In this document: positions 7,788 to 15,650 of the stretch, in pieces
Numbering within the stretch: the first letter of the stretch is position 1
How the letters are laid out: every line of letters begins with the position of its first letter
Assembly: GCA_028279045.1 (NCBI GenBank)
Contig: JANQSZ010000021.1
Span: 11,303 to 43,302 of the forward strand
Direction of reading: 5' to 3'
Origin: Candidatus Nanoarchaeia archaeon
GTDB taxonomy: Archaea > Nanobdellota > Nanobdellia > Woesearchaeales > UBA10216
Length of the DNA stretch: 32,000 bases
Program-made: the position numbers and the translations under genes
The notes under the pieces: model-generated
Databases searched by the model: none
What the model saw: only the letters and a program-made list of their open reading frames with translations
What the model was told of the DNA's origin: nothing

Positions 7788-8108
7788 TCAAGCAAGTTGC
7801 AGATTGGTCTGCTCAGCAATCTTCCGACGGAGGAGAGAAATGAGTCGATTGTCGTTGTACGAATACACATCAGGAATGTCAAGCGTGACGAGTTGTTTCC
7901 GCAACAGCACTTCCGGAAATCGTTCGACTGCTTTTGCTCGTTGTTCTTCTTCCATAAAGAAAACAATGTCTGCCCACTCAACATCTTTTTCGACGAGGGG
8001 ATTATCGCTAAACAAACCAGCATATTTTGTTGAAAATTCGTTCTGCAACAATTCAGCAGCAGTTTTACTCCGATATTTTCCTTGGTTGCACACAAACAGC
8101 AGGTTCAT
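7788..8108 (-). CDS. Low-molecular-weight protein-tyrosine-phosphatase / ArsC-like phosphatase (short form)
   Basis: ORF 7788..8147. ATG at 8108 gives MNLLFVCNQGKYRSKTAAELL with a CX5R(S) P-loop at the N-terminus, as in LMW-PTPs. TATA-like TTTTTTATCC lies about 20 nt upstream on the minus strand. Confidence 0.6.
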   Translation of the reverse strand: MNLLFVCNQGKYRSKTAAELLQNEFSTKYAGLFSDNPLVEKDVEWADIVFFMEEEQRAKAVERFPEVLLRKQLVTLDIPDVYSYNDNRLISLLRRKIAEQTNLQLA

Positions 8109-8140
8109 ATCAATGTAAAAGAAAAAGGAGGATAAAAAAC

Positions 8141-8350
8141 TTGTCATTCATCGAAATAAATGGAAGAATATTGGATTATGAAGAGTACTGCAACAGCGTC
8201 TGCACTATTTGCAGATTCATCGACGAGGATATGGAAGAATTCCTTTTCGCGCTCGGTTTCGAACGTCGCGACGATCATTTCTACAACGAACAGTTAGACT
8301 TGATCGTAACGTTTATCGTCGAAAAAGCAAACGATGTCAAACTGGTTTGA
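8141..8350 (+). CDS. Small hypothetical protein (69 aa if TTG start)
   Basis: Frame of ORF 8027..8350, but its 5' part overlaps the phosphatase gene. In-frame TTG at 8141 is preceded by GGAGG (8127-8131) at 9-nt spacing. The start is uncertain; the alternative is the internal ATG (MEEFLF...). Confidence 0.3.
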   Translation: MSFIEINGRILDYEEYCNSVCTICRFIDEDMEEFLFALGFERRDDHFYNEQLDLIVTFIVEKANDVKLV

Positions 8351-8413
8351 TCTCGCTGTTTAAGGGGTTGTCCCGTCAGAATACTTATAAAGTTCAGTTA
8401 ATTAATCAAAAAA

Positions 8414-8929
8414 ATGGAATCAGGTAACAAGGGAATTGGTACGGATCTATCCCAAATAGTGGAGCCAAGGTTTACTTCTTATCTCGCATTAACATCAATC
8501 ATGGGAGCTGGTTTTATTTGGTTCGTGCTGTTGAATCATGATCCTTGGTCCAATTTACAGTTCCAGGAATTTATGAAGTCGATACTGTTTACAGAGAGTT
8601 TATCAGAGTTAAAGAATTATTTATCGGTACATTTCTGGGCTGCTGTAGGTATGTGGGGTTTTTACGGGTGGAAGCTATATGTACGCCTTGCAAACAGGGA
8701 TGATTCTGAATCATGGCTGCCAAAAAATAGAAAAGGCTGGGCAAATTTCCTCGTTGAGAGGGCGCTAGTATCCATTTGGATGTCGTTCCTGCTCTTAGTA
8801 TTGCTGGCAGCGATAAGAGTGACTGAAATCAATATTTACGGAGCAGTATTACTTGGGATATATGCTCCTCAAGCAATAAATTTATCAATGAAAAAAGCCA
8901 GTGAGAGTAAAAAAGATGAACTATCGTAA
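8414..8929 (+). CDS. Hypothetical multi-pass membrane protein
   Basis: 171 aa with about 4 hydrophobic helices. TATA-like ACTTATAAAG lies about 22 nt upstream of the ATG. Noticeably AT-rich by eye. Confidence 0.55.
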   Translation: MESGNKGIGTDLSQIVEPRFTSYLALTSIMGAGFIWFVLLNHDPWSNLQFQEFMKSILFTESLSELKNYLSVHFWAAVGMWGFYGWKLYVRLANRDDSESWLPKNRKGWANFLVERALVSIWMSFLLLVLLAAIRVTEINIYGAVLLGIYAPQAINLSMKKASESKKDELS

Positions 8930-9293
8930 GCTATTATACCTGGAAGGCATCGTGATTTACTTCCTTAGTTTGATGTTTCTTGTGTTAAGTTTAGGTGATG
9001 AACAGTTTGTCAAGGCAGCAATTATTTTCTTCAACGTAGCAGTATTCATTCTGACTTTGGCAATCGTGTCAGTCTTACTTCAGAATGATGAATTCAAGAA
9101 TAAAACTAGAAACTTTTTAGAGTTTTTCAAGGAACAAAAAGCGAACATTATGTTAACGGCAAACACTGTCTTGGTGCTTGCATTCACAGTGGCGTTTGTG
9201 ATGTTGGCAGTTGACGGATTCAATACTGTGATCGTCCCATTTCTCTCAGGAGTAGGATCCATACTCTTTGCAATATCAACTAATGTTCAATGA
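8916..9293 (+). CDS. Hypothetical multi-pass membrane protein
   Basis: ORF 8901..9293 (GTG). ATG at 8916 gives MNYRKLLYLEG... with about 4 TM helices. Overlaps the upstream gene end, suggesting co-translation. Confidence 0.55.
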   Translation: MNYRKLLYLEGIVIYFLSLMFLVLSLGDEQFVKAAIIFFNVAVFILTLAIVSVLLQNDEFKNKTRNFLEFFKEQKANIMLTANTVLVLAFTVAFVMLAVDGFNTVIVPFLSGVGSILFAISTNVQ

Positions 9294-9300
9294 CACTCGT

Positions 9301-9588
9301 TTAATCAACTGTAAACAATCTACTATCGTGATCCACGTCGAAAATACCTTGCCGCGCACCAGCATCTAGCCATGCATGTGCGTAACTTGCTGCTGCAAGC
9401 GCCGTCGGGTAATCCCCTTTTTCACGAAAGTGTTTAGCATCGCTGTAGTAACTTTTTGCCATTTGCAAAAAATCTTCTGCAATGTTTTTATCTTTCCCGT
9501 TCAAATTCTCAGGAATCTTTACTTTCGCAAGCGCTTCTTTAGTGAGCGCAAAGTATTTGTCGAGTTTCTCGTCGGTTACTTCTTTCAT
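9301..9588 (-). CDS. DUF357-like small alpha-helical protein
   Basis: 95 aa; SYYSDAKHFREKGDYPTALAAASYAHAWLDAGARQG resembles the conserved core of archaeal DUF357 as I remember it. ATGA overlap with the cbf5 stop. Confidence 0.55.
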   Translation of the reverse strand: MKEVTDEKLDKYFALTKEALAKVKIPENLNGKDKNIAEDFLQMAKSYYSDAKHFREKGDYPTALAAASYAHAWLDAGARQGIFDVDHDSRLFTVD

Positions 9589-10553
9589 TCTGATTTTGGA
9601 TATACTCCTTCTGGTAAAAATACTTTTTGTGACTTCGCAGCGATTCCACGTTCGCCAAGCATTTCTTTACTTGACAATTCTGCATTGCCATAACTAATTA
9701 ACTCATCTTTCAATGTCATGATTGCAACCATGTCTCCTGCTTCAATTCCGTCATGTAATTTCGCAATACCCGGCACTTTCAGCGTCGAGCCATGCACCAA
9801 ACTATTAACAGCAGAATCCATCACCCAAATTTTGGGTAAGTGCTGCGTTGCTTCTTCCATCGGCAAAATAAGTGTTCGCAAATATTTTTCATTTCCCTCG
9901 TTGTAATAATGATAAGCATCTGTTAAGTCTTGCAACGTCACCAATTTCTCCTCGGTAAACGGTCCTGCTTGTGTTCTCCGCAACTCTGCCATGTGCGCGC
10001 CACCAATCTTATTTCCCATATCCGAAATTAATTTTCGAATGTACGTTCCTGCTTGGCAACTTACACTAAACAACACATCTTTGCCATCAATTTCAATGAT
10101 GTCCATGTCGTAAATGTGTCGTTCCCGTTCCCGACGCTTTACAGCGCTCTTAACAGGAGGAAGTTGCGTAATTTTTCCTTTGAACTGTTCAAACACTTCG
10201 CGCAGTTTCTCTTCAGGAACATCTTTGTGCACGTGCATTAGCGCAACGTACACTTTTCCTGCCGGTAAAAGCAACTGCACGATTCTTGTTGCCCGTCCGA
10301 TTGCAACCGGCAATACACCTGTTACAGCCGGATCTAATGTTCCAGAATGTCCTGCTTTTTTCAAATGCAAAACATCTTTTACGTACGCGCTTGTTTGATG
10401 CGACGTCGGTCCTTTCGGTTTATCGATAATAACAATTCCAAAATCAAGAAGTTCTTCTATGGTTCTTTTCTCTGGTGATTTACCAAATTTATCAGAAGTT
10501 TCAGAATCCCTACGAGTGAGTATTTCTCGTTCGATGTTTTCAAATGGTAGCAT
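9585..10553 (-). CDS. cbf5: H/ACA RNP pseudouridine synthase Cbf5 (TruB family with PUA domain)
   Basis: 322 aa; IIDKPKGPTSH, catalytic GTLDPAVTGVLPVAIGRATR, C-terminal PUA-like region. Confidence 0.9.
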   Translation of the reverse strand: MLPFENIEREILTRRDSETSDKFGKSPEKRTIEELLDFGIVIIDKPKGPTSHQTSAYVKDVLHLKKAGHSGTLDPAVTGVLPVAIGRATRIVQLLLPAGKVYVALMHVHKDVPEEKLREVFEQFKGKITQLPPVKSAVKRRERERHIYDMDIIEIDGKDVLFSVSCQAGTYIRKLISDMGNKIGGAHMAELRRTQAGPFTEEKLVTLQDLTDAYHYYNEGNEKYLRTLILPMEEATQHLPKIWVMDSAVNSLVHGSTLKVPGIAKLHDGIEAGDMVAIMTLKDELISYGNAELSSKEMLGERGIAAKSQKVFLPEGVYPKSE

Positions 10554-10558
10554 GAAGC

Positions 10559-11050
10559 TTATTGCTTCTCGTCACTTTTTGCCTTCGGTGCAGGTTTGGG
10601 TTGTTCCTTTGCCGCAGGTTTTTCGGCTTTTGGTGCCGGTGCAGCTGGTGCTGCAGGTTTTGGCTTAACGTCAGCCGGTGTTGCTTTCGGTGCTACTTCA
10701 GCTTTCGCTTCAGTTTTCTTTGCTTGTTTTTCAGCAACTTTTTCTTTTACTTTCTCAACAGGTGTTTCTGCTTTCTTTTTCTCAACTTTTGGCTCTTCAA
10801 CTTTTACGCCAACAAGTTCTGCAGAGACGACACCGTCAGCTTCAGTAACATTAACACTTACTTTCATTGGAGGATTCTTGATTCCTCGAGACCACAAGTG
10901 CTTGTTCAGCTCAACACCGAGTCGAACATCTTCAGCTTTCATGTGCTTTTTCAAAAAGTCACGTACAGAATTGACTGCTTTCTTTGCTCTCTTGTACGGA
11001 GGCACAGTAGCAACGTCTTTACGAAGGGAAATAGTGTATTGTCGGTCCAT
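10559..11050 (-). CDS. rpl31e: Ribosomal protein L31e with a long Lys/Ala/Pro/Glu-rich C-terminal extension
   Basis: The first ~82 aa (YTISLRKDVATVPPYKRAKKAVNSVRDFLKKHMKAEDVRLGVELNKHLWSRGIKNPPMKVSVNV) are L31e-like. The remaining ~80 aa are low-complexity KAPE-rich. Confidence 0.85.
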   Translation of the reverse strand: MDRQYTISLRKDVATVPPYKRAKKAVNSVRDFLKKHMKAEDVRLGVELNKHLWSRGIKNPPMKVSVNVTEADGVVSAELVGVKVEEPKVEKKKAETPVEKVKEKVAEKQAKKTEAKAEVAPKATPADVKPKPAAPAAPAPKAEKPAAKEQPKPAPKAKSDEKQ

Positions 11051-11051
11051 T

Positions 11052-11225
11052 TTATACCTTTATTTTGGTTCGTCGCCAGCTTCGCTTCTTGAACGTATGT
11101 CGTCCAGGATGAACTCTTTTTCCTTTTCCGTACATCTTTGGTACCGTCCAGAAAGGAGCCCATCGTGTTTGCTTAGCTGCTTTAGCCAACTTCTTTTTTA
11201 CACTTGGTAGTTTGAATCTCGTCAT
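11052..11225 (-). CDS. rpl39e: Ribosomal protein L39e (57 aa; below the ORF-track cut-off)
   Basis: Codon-by-codon hand translation: MTRFKLPSVKKKLAKAAKQTRWAPFWTVPKMYGKGKRVHPGRHTFKKRSWRRTKIKV*. ATGA overlap with the upstream stop; its own stop lies 1 nt before the rpl31e start. Confidence 0.85.
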   Translation of the reverse strand: MTRFKLPSVKKKLAKAAKQTRWAPFWTVPKMYGKGKRVHPGRHTFKKRSWRRTKIKV

Positions 11226-11545
11226 TTTCTTGTTATCGTAATATCTTTTTTTCCCGAATCCAGCCTGCGAAGCAATTCCTTGAATTGCTCGTCGGTGATT
11301 TGTCCAGGTAGCTGCCCTGAGTTTATTGCTTGTGCAAGCAACATGACAACATGTTGTGCCTTTTCAGGGTATGCTGCTTTCAAGCTGCCGAAACGCTCAC
11401 GCGCTTCCTTTGTCAGGACTTGCTTTATCGCTTGCTCCAGCGTTTCCATCTGCTGGTCCACTTGACTCTGCTCGTGGGCTTGCTGGTTTTGCGCTTGCAT
11501 CATTTCCTGCAGCTTTTTTTCCTTCAGTGCTTGAAGATCGTCCAT
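11222..11545 (-). CDS. PDCD5/TFAR19-like dsDNA-binding protein
   Basis: 107 aa; LQALKEKKLQEM...QVLTKEARERFGSLKAAYPEKAQHVVMLLAQAINSGQLPGQITDEQFKELL fits the archaeal dsDNA_bind family and its usual position between rps19e and rpl39e. Confidence 0.8.
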   Translation of the reverse strand: MDDLQALKEKKLQEMMQAQNQQAHEQSQVDQQMETLEQAIKQVLTKEARERFGSLKAAYPEKAQHVVMLLAQAINSGQLPGQITDEQFKELLRRLDSGKKDITITRK

Positions 11546-11954
11546 CGTGTCCGTATTTGTTCAGCAATGATTGTGCTTTTCCTGTCGTAACACGACCATG
11601 GTGCACGCCTTTCTTAACATGCTGCACATATCCTGCTTTTTCCAATTGTTGTAAGATAGTTCTCGGTATATTGCCTGAACCTTTCATAAAATGCTCTGTC
11701 TTGTGTCCGCGCCGCTTGCGTCCGCCATATTTTGTACGCAACTTCGCTACGCCGATAGGGCCGCGCAAGTTCACAGTACGCAATATAGCAGCTGAGCGTA
11801 CGTACCACCAGTCTTCTTCTTGCGGTGGCCGTTCCTTGTGAACGCCTGTTTTCGCGTATGCAGCCCATTCAGGGGCTTTCATTGCTTCTTCCTTCTTGAG
11901 CTCCTTCGCTACACTAGCAATCAATTGCTCAGCAGGAACGTTAGTTACTGTCAT
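11397..11954 (-). CDS. rps19e: Ribosomal protein S19e, with a 49-aa low-complexity tail read through the next gene
   Basis: PEWAAYAKTGVHKERPPQEEDWWYVRSAAILR...YGGRKRRGHKTEHFMKGSGNIPRTILQQLEKAGYV is S19e. The conserved part ends near aa 135, exactly where the PDCD5-like ATG (11545) lies. There is no stop until 11397. Confidence 0.85.
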   Translation of the reverse strand: MTVTNVPAEQLIASVAKELKKEEAMKAPEWAAYAKTGVHKERPPQEEDWWYVRSAAILRTVNLRGPIGVAKLRTKYGGRKRRGHKTEHFMKGSGNIPRTILQQLEKAGYVQHVKKGVHHGRVTTGKAQSLLNKYGHDGRSSSTEGKKAAGNDASAKPASPRAESSGPADGNAGASDKASPDKGSA

Positions 11955-11973
11955 ACACTGGCGGAAACCAGGT

Positions 11974-11996
11974 CCATTTATAAAGGTTGTGGAGGG
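11974..11996 (-). promoter_or_regulatory. BRE/TATA promoter of rps19e (variant of the conserved element)
   Basis: The minus strand reads CCCTCCACAACCTTTATAAATGG, and the TATA ends about 20 nt before the rps19e ATG. Related to the CCATAACCTTTTTAAAT element seen three times elsewhere. Confidence 0.55.
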
Positions 11997-12046
11997 AGTA
12001 CACGACGTTTGTCATAGCAGTGAAAGAATGAGCCTGTTTCTGAGAA

Positions 12047-12457
12047 TTATACTGAACGAAAGCCATGAGGCTCATCCCGAAGATATTCCTCACTACTAGC
12101 TGCAACCCTTTCTAATCCAAAGGATTCCATGAGTATTCTGTTGCCTACTTGCCTAACAGCTTCTGCAGGCAGCCTGTCTTCACTAACTATTCCGATTCCT
12201 CTCCATTCTGCCCCCAGTACTTCAGATTGGTACGGAAAGAGAAAGGCAATAGCAGAGCGTTCTACAGGCACTCGTAGGCCAATTCTCCAGCCTTCTACAG
12301 GGAGAAGTTCAGAACCCGGACTCACAGCTTGCGCAATATGGAGGAGTTGTTGGTTGGTGACCGGTTGGTTGCACCAAAGACCCCAAAGACTGCCGTTATA
12401 TTCGTGTCCATACCTGTATGGATACCCTTCCAATTCTGCTGTTTGTTCCAGTGCCAT
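12047..12457 (-). CDS. Hypothetical protein (weak GNAT-like C-terminus at best)
   Basis: ORF 12047..12544, but its first 29 codons overlap tRNA-Leu(UAG). The internal ATG at 12457 gives 136 aa. No secure motif, so it may be spurious. Confidence 0.3.
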   Translation of the reverse strand: MALEQTAELEGYPYRYGHEYNGSLWGLWCNQPVTNQQLLHIAQAVSPGSELLPVEGWRIGLRVPVERSAIAFLFPYQSEVLGAEWRGIGIVSEDRLPAEAVRQVGNRILMESFGLERVAASSEEYLRDEPHGFRSV

Positions 12458-12466
12458 AGAGAATAA

Positions 12467-12550
12467 TGCGGGGAGTAGGACTCGAACCCACGTAAGCGCT
12501 AAGCTACCAGGTCCTAAGCCTGGCCCGTTTGACCACTCCGGCATCCCCGC
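12467..12550 (-). tRNA. tRNA-Leu(UAG)
   Basis: Reverse complement folds as GCGGGGA/TG/CCG-GAGTGGTCAAA-CGG/G/CCAGG-CTTAGGA-CCTGG/15-nt variable arm/GTGGG-TTCGAGT-CCTAC/TCCCCGC/A. Class II cloverleaf, anticodon TAG. Confidence 0.85.
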
Positions 12551-12573
12551 CTGATAGCTGGATTTAGCGATAT

Positions 12574-12586
12574 CTTTATAAAGCTT
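12574..12586 (-). promoter_or_regulatory. TATA box for tRNA-Leu(UAG)
   Basis: The minus strand reads GCTTTATAAAGAT, about 24 nt upstream of the tRNA 5' end. Confidence 0.5.
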
Positions 12587-12698
12587 CCCGCTCAGTATTG
12601 CAAATAAGGATTCAACTCCTAAATAGGAGAATAAGAATCAAGTATTCTCGACTCAAAAATCATACCCTGTATGACTCTCAAACATGCCCTATACAAAC

Positions 12699-12714
12699 GA
12701 AAACTTTAAATACC
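12699..12714 (+). promoter_or_regulatory. Promoter-like element with no gene immediately downstream
   Basis: GAAAACTTTAAATACC resembles the conserved AACCTTTTTAAATACC element, but it lies about 270 nt upstream of the S-layer ATG. Confidence 0.35.
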
Positions 12715-12982
12715 ATCAGATCAAAAAAGGTACATTCGCACTTATTAGTGTGCTAAATGGAAAGTGTCTATAGAAAGCGAAAAGGGGAGCGGAAAAGCTG
12801 GTAGTCAAGCTCATAGTATACTGATTGCCCTCACAAATTTCACAAAGCATAAATAAGATCACATTTTTGGATGGACAACTCGACGCGGTTGTTTGTCTTT
12901 TATGATGCGTCGACAAATGAGATAAAATATCTCACAAAGAATAAAAAAACATGATAACCGACAAAACCATGGAGGTGTTTGG

Positions 12983-15640
12983 TTGATGTTGCGTAAAACT
13001 GTGAAAAAAATTGCAGCACTAGGAACTGGTGCTACAATGGTAGGCGCATCCATTCTTGGAGCAAGTGCGGTAGACCTATCTGAATATCCGGCTCCATTCG
13101 TTGAAGATGGTAAGTTTAATGCACTCATTGTAGTGGGTGACGAAGCTGCATCTAGCGACGTAATAGGTTCTGTTGACGTAGCAACAAGTTTGCAATTTGC
13201 AAGCCGTGTGCGAAAGACCGTCAGCGGATCTGGTGCTACATCTGTTAGCGTTGAAGGTGACGCTTGGAGAGTAGGTACCTCGACAAAGGAATATGAATTG
13301 TCTGAAAACGGCGGTGGAACTGAAACAATTCGGTCGATCCAATCGTTTATTGACGAAGAAGAGCTTGGTGCTCTCTCTGACCAGACATTCGAAAACGATG
13401 AAGGAAGTTTTGATTATGAACAATTCCTTCACTGGGATAACCCAACGACAACGTACGTCCATTATGTCGAAAACGACGACGATGTTACCGATGCTTTCTT
13501 CTATGTAGGAAGCGGAGACACCATCGCTCGTTACGAGCTTGACTTTAAACAGTCAGCTGAATCCGACGTAACAGACTCTAGCGGTGACGCAAGTACCACA
13601 GGTGCATACCTATGGGACTTCGAGAACGAAGAAATTACGATGTTAGGTCGTACTTTTACAATCGTTCAAGCTCGAAGAACTGGCGGAACAACTAACAATG
13701 CTGTTAAGTTAACCTTAATGGCTGGTGCTGTTCGTGACGTACTTGACGAAGGTGAATCAAAGACATACACTATTGACGGAACTGACTACGACGTTACACT
13801 TGACTTCGTAGGCACATCAACTGCAAAGTTGAACGTTAACGGTGAAGTTACTGATTCATTGAGTGAAGGCTCAACTGAGAAATTGTCTGACGGTACTGAA
13901 GTTGGTATCAGAGACATTCTAGCTCAGGACTTCGCAGGTGGTGTTCGTAAGGTAGAATTCTATCTAGGAGCTCAAAAAGTTGTTCTCCACGATACAAACA
14001 CTGCAGTTTCAACTGATGGTGAAAAACCACTAGAAGTTGGAAGCGAAAACATCGACGACGCAACTGTTACCATCATTGGTACTGACGATAACACGACTGT
14101 AAGAATTGATTCTATTCATATCAATTCAACTGCAGACGATGATATCTATGTTGGTGCTGGTGAAACAGTATCTCAACACATGGAAGAACCAGAAGCTCTT
14201 CTAGAAGCTTGGGATATTGAATACCAAGGTCTTGCTGACGCTGAAACAGAAATGATTCGCGTTAAGACTAATGGTGACCGAAAGTACGAACTACAGTTCG
14301 CTGACGGTTCCGGTAACGAAGTCGACTTGCCATTGCTTTACGCATCTGCAGCAAGTAGCTCGAAGTTAGGTGACAACGACGACGACACTATCATTAACGA
14401 GAACCAAACTATCTCAGACGACGATTACTTCGTCCTTTGTGATGAGTCTCAATCTGATGGTGAACGACGTACGTACGCATTCCGATACCGTGGCTCTGAT
14501 AAGTCTTCGGCTGATAACCCAGTTATCAAGTTCCAAGACTTAGGTAGTGGTCAGGTAATTGAGCGGTCCTATTCCGCAGCAGCTGATGCAGCTGGTGCAG
14601 GTGGAACTGTTTTCGGATCTGCTGATGCAACTATTAAGGTTGGTGGACAAACATACAATGTTCACAACGTATCGAGTGACCTTGTAGCTGACTTCGACAT
14701 TGCAATTAACTTGGATGCATCTAGCGCGCATTCATACAACGTATCCGGTGGAGGTGCTGCTGGAGATGTTGTGTGTATTAACACAAACGCTGGTGCAAAG
14801 ATCGAGTTAAGCGGTGCGCAAACCTGGAACATCGGTGCAGGAGCAAACAGTCTATTAGTAAACGTCACCACGCCTGACGCTGACGACTACGACGACTTGG
14901 CTCCATCTTCAATAGCATACACGCTATCGACAGATTCAAGTACCGAAGTTAGTGCGGCTAGTGCAGTTGGTCTAACGACAATTACACCACAAGACGAAGA
15001 TGACGTAGAGAAGTTCTTTACTTCCCTCGGAACCTTTGTCACATTCGAGACACCATCAAGTGCACCGGAAACGGTGGACATTGAGTATCCACGAACACAA
15101 AGACTACCATTGCTCTTTGTAACTGCTGGAGCTGTCGAGACTTCTGTTGAAACAACAGAAGAAGGTGACATTGTCTACTACGACACCGAAGCTATTGAAG
15201 TTGGTAGTGCTAAGCTAGCATCTGAAGTATCAGATGTTCGTGCACAACACGTTATCTTGGTTGGAGGCCCTTGTGCTAACCCAGCTGCAGCTGACGTAAT
15301 GGGCACAACAAGCGCTACTTGTGCTGAAGGCTTTGAAGAAGGTAAGGGTAAGCTGAAGTTGTTCGAGCATACTAACGGAAACGTTGCTTTGCTTGTAGCA
15401 GGTTATTCAGCTCTTGATACGCGACGATCTGCTCGTGTACTTGCTGACTTCGACGCATATGAAGACACGCTTCAAGGAACTGAAGTTGAAGTTTCCGGAA
15501 CTTCCTTCACTGACATTACTGTGGCTGCGCCAGAAGTAATGGAAGAGGAAGAAGAAGTCATGGAAGAAACTGAAGACGACGGTGAAGCTATGGAAGACGA
15601 AGGCGAAGCTGAAGAAGGTGGCGAGGAAAGCGAAAGCTAA
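12983..15640 (+). CDS. S-layer-type surface protein (large secreted protein with acidic C-terminal tail)
   Basis: 885 aa; signal peptide KKIAALGTGATMVGASILGASA; N-terminal block DLSEYPAPFVEDGKFNALIVVGDEAASSDVIGSVDVA and C-terminal block HVILVGGPCANPAAADV...VALLVAGYSALDTRRSARVLA resemble archaeal S-layer protein termini. GGAGGTG (12971-12977) lies upstream, and the ATG at 12986 is the more likely start. Confidence 0.7.
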   Translation: MMLRKTVKKIAALGTGATMVGASILGASAVDLSEYPAPFVEDGKFNALIVVGDEAASSDVIGSVDVATSLQFASRVRKTVSGSGATSVSVEGDAWRVGTSTKEYELSENGGGTETIRSIQSFIDEEELGALSDQTFENDEGSFDYEQFLHWDNPTTTYVHYVENDDDVTDAFFYVGSGDTIARYELDFKQSAESDVTDSSGDASTTGAYLWDFENEEITMLGRTFTIVQARRTGGTTNNAVKLTLMAGAVRDVLDEGESKTYTIDGTDYDVTLDFVGTSTAKLNVNGEVTDSLSEGSTEKLSDGTEVGIRDILAQDFAGGVRKVEFYLGAQKVVLHDTNTAVSTDGEKPLEVGSENIDDATVTIIGTDDNTTVRIDSIHINSTADDDIYVGAGETVSQHMEEPEALLEAWDIEYQGLADAETEMIRVKTNGDRKYELQFADGSGNEVDLPLLYASAASSSKLGDNDDDTIINENQTISDDDYFVLCDESQSDGERRTYAFRYRGSDKSSADNPVIKFQDLGSGQVIERSYSAAADAAGAGGTVFGSADATIKVGGQTYNVHNVSSDLVADFDIAINLDASSAHSYNVSGGGAAGDVVCINTNAGAKIELSGAQTWNIGAGANSLLVNVTTPDADDYDDLAPSSIAYTLSTDSSTEVSAASAVGLTTITPQDEDDVEKFFTSLGTFVTFETPSSAPETVDIEYPRTQRLPLLFVTAGAVETSVETTEEGDIVYYDTEAIEVGSAKLASEVSDVRAQHVILVGGPCANPAAADVMGTTSATCAEGFEEGKGKLKLFEHTNGNVALLVAGYSALDTRRSARVLADFDAYEDTLQGTEVEVSGTSFTDITVAAPEVMEEEEEVMEETEDDGEAMEDEGEAEEGGEESES

Positions 15641-15650
15641 ACCTAGCTAA

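Noticed and set aside
10562-11210. Long + strand ORFs (176 and 204 aa) rich in Cys/Phe/Ser/Ala opposite rpl31e and rpl39e
   Set aside because: They are antisense shadows of the low-complexity Lys/Ala/Pro/Glu coding region and of clearly recognisable r-protein genes. They have no motif and an implausible composition.
11356-11841. 161-aa + strand ORF and several smaller ones across rps19e and the PDCD5-like gene
   Set aside because: They lie opposite two confidently identified genes and show no recognisable features.
12129-12554. 141-aa + strand ORF, and the 5' extension (to 12544) of the minus-strand ORF
   Set aside because: Both run through the tRNA-Leu(UAG) gene. Only the part of the minus-strand ORF downstream of the tRNA was kept, at low confidence.
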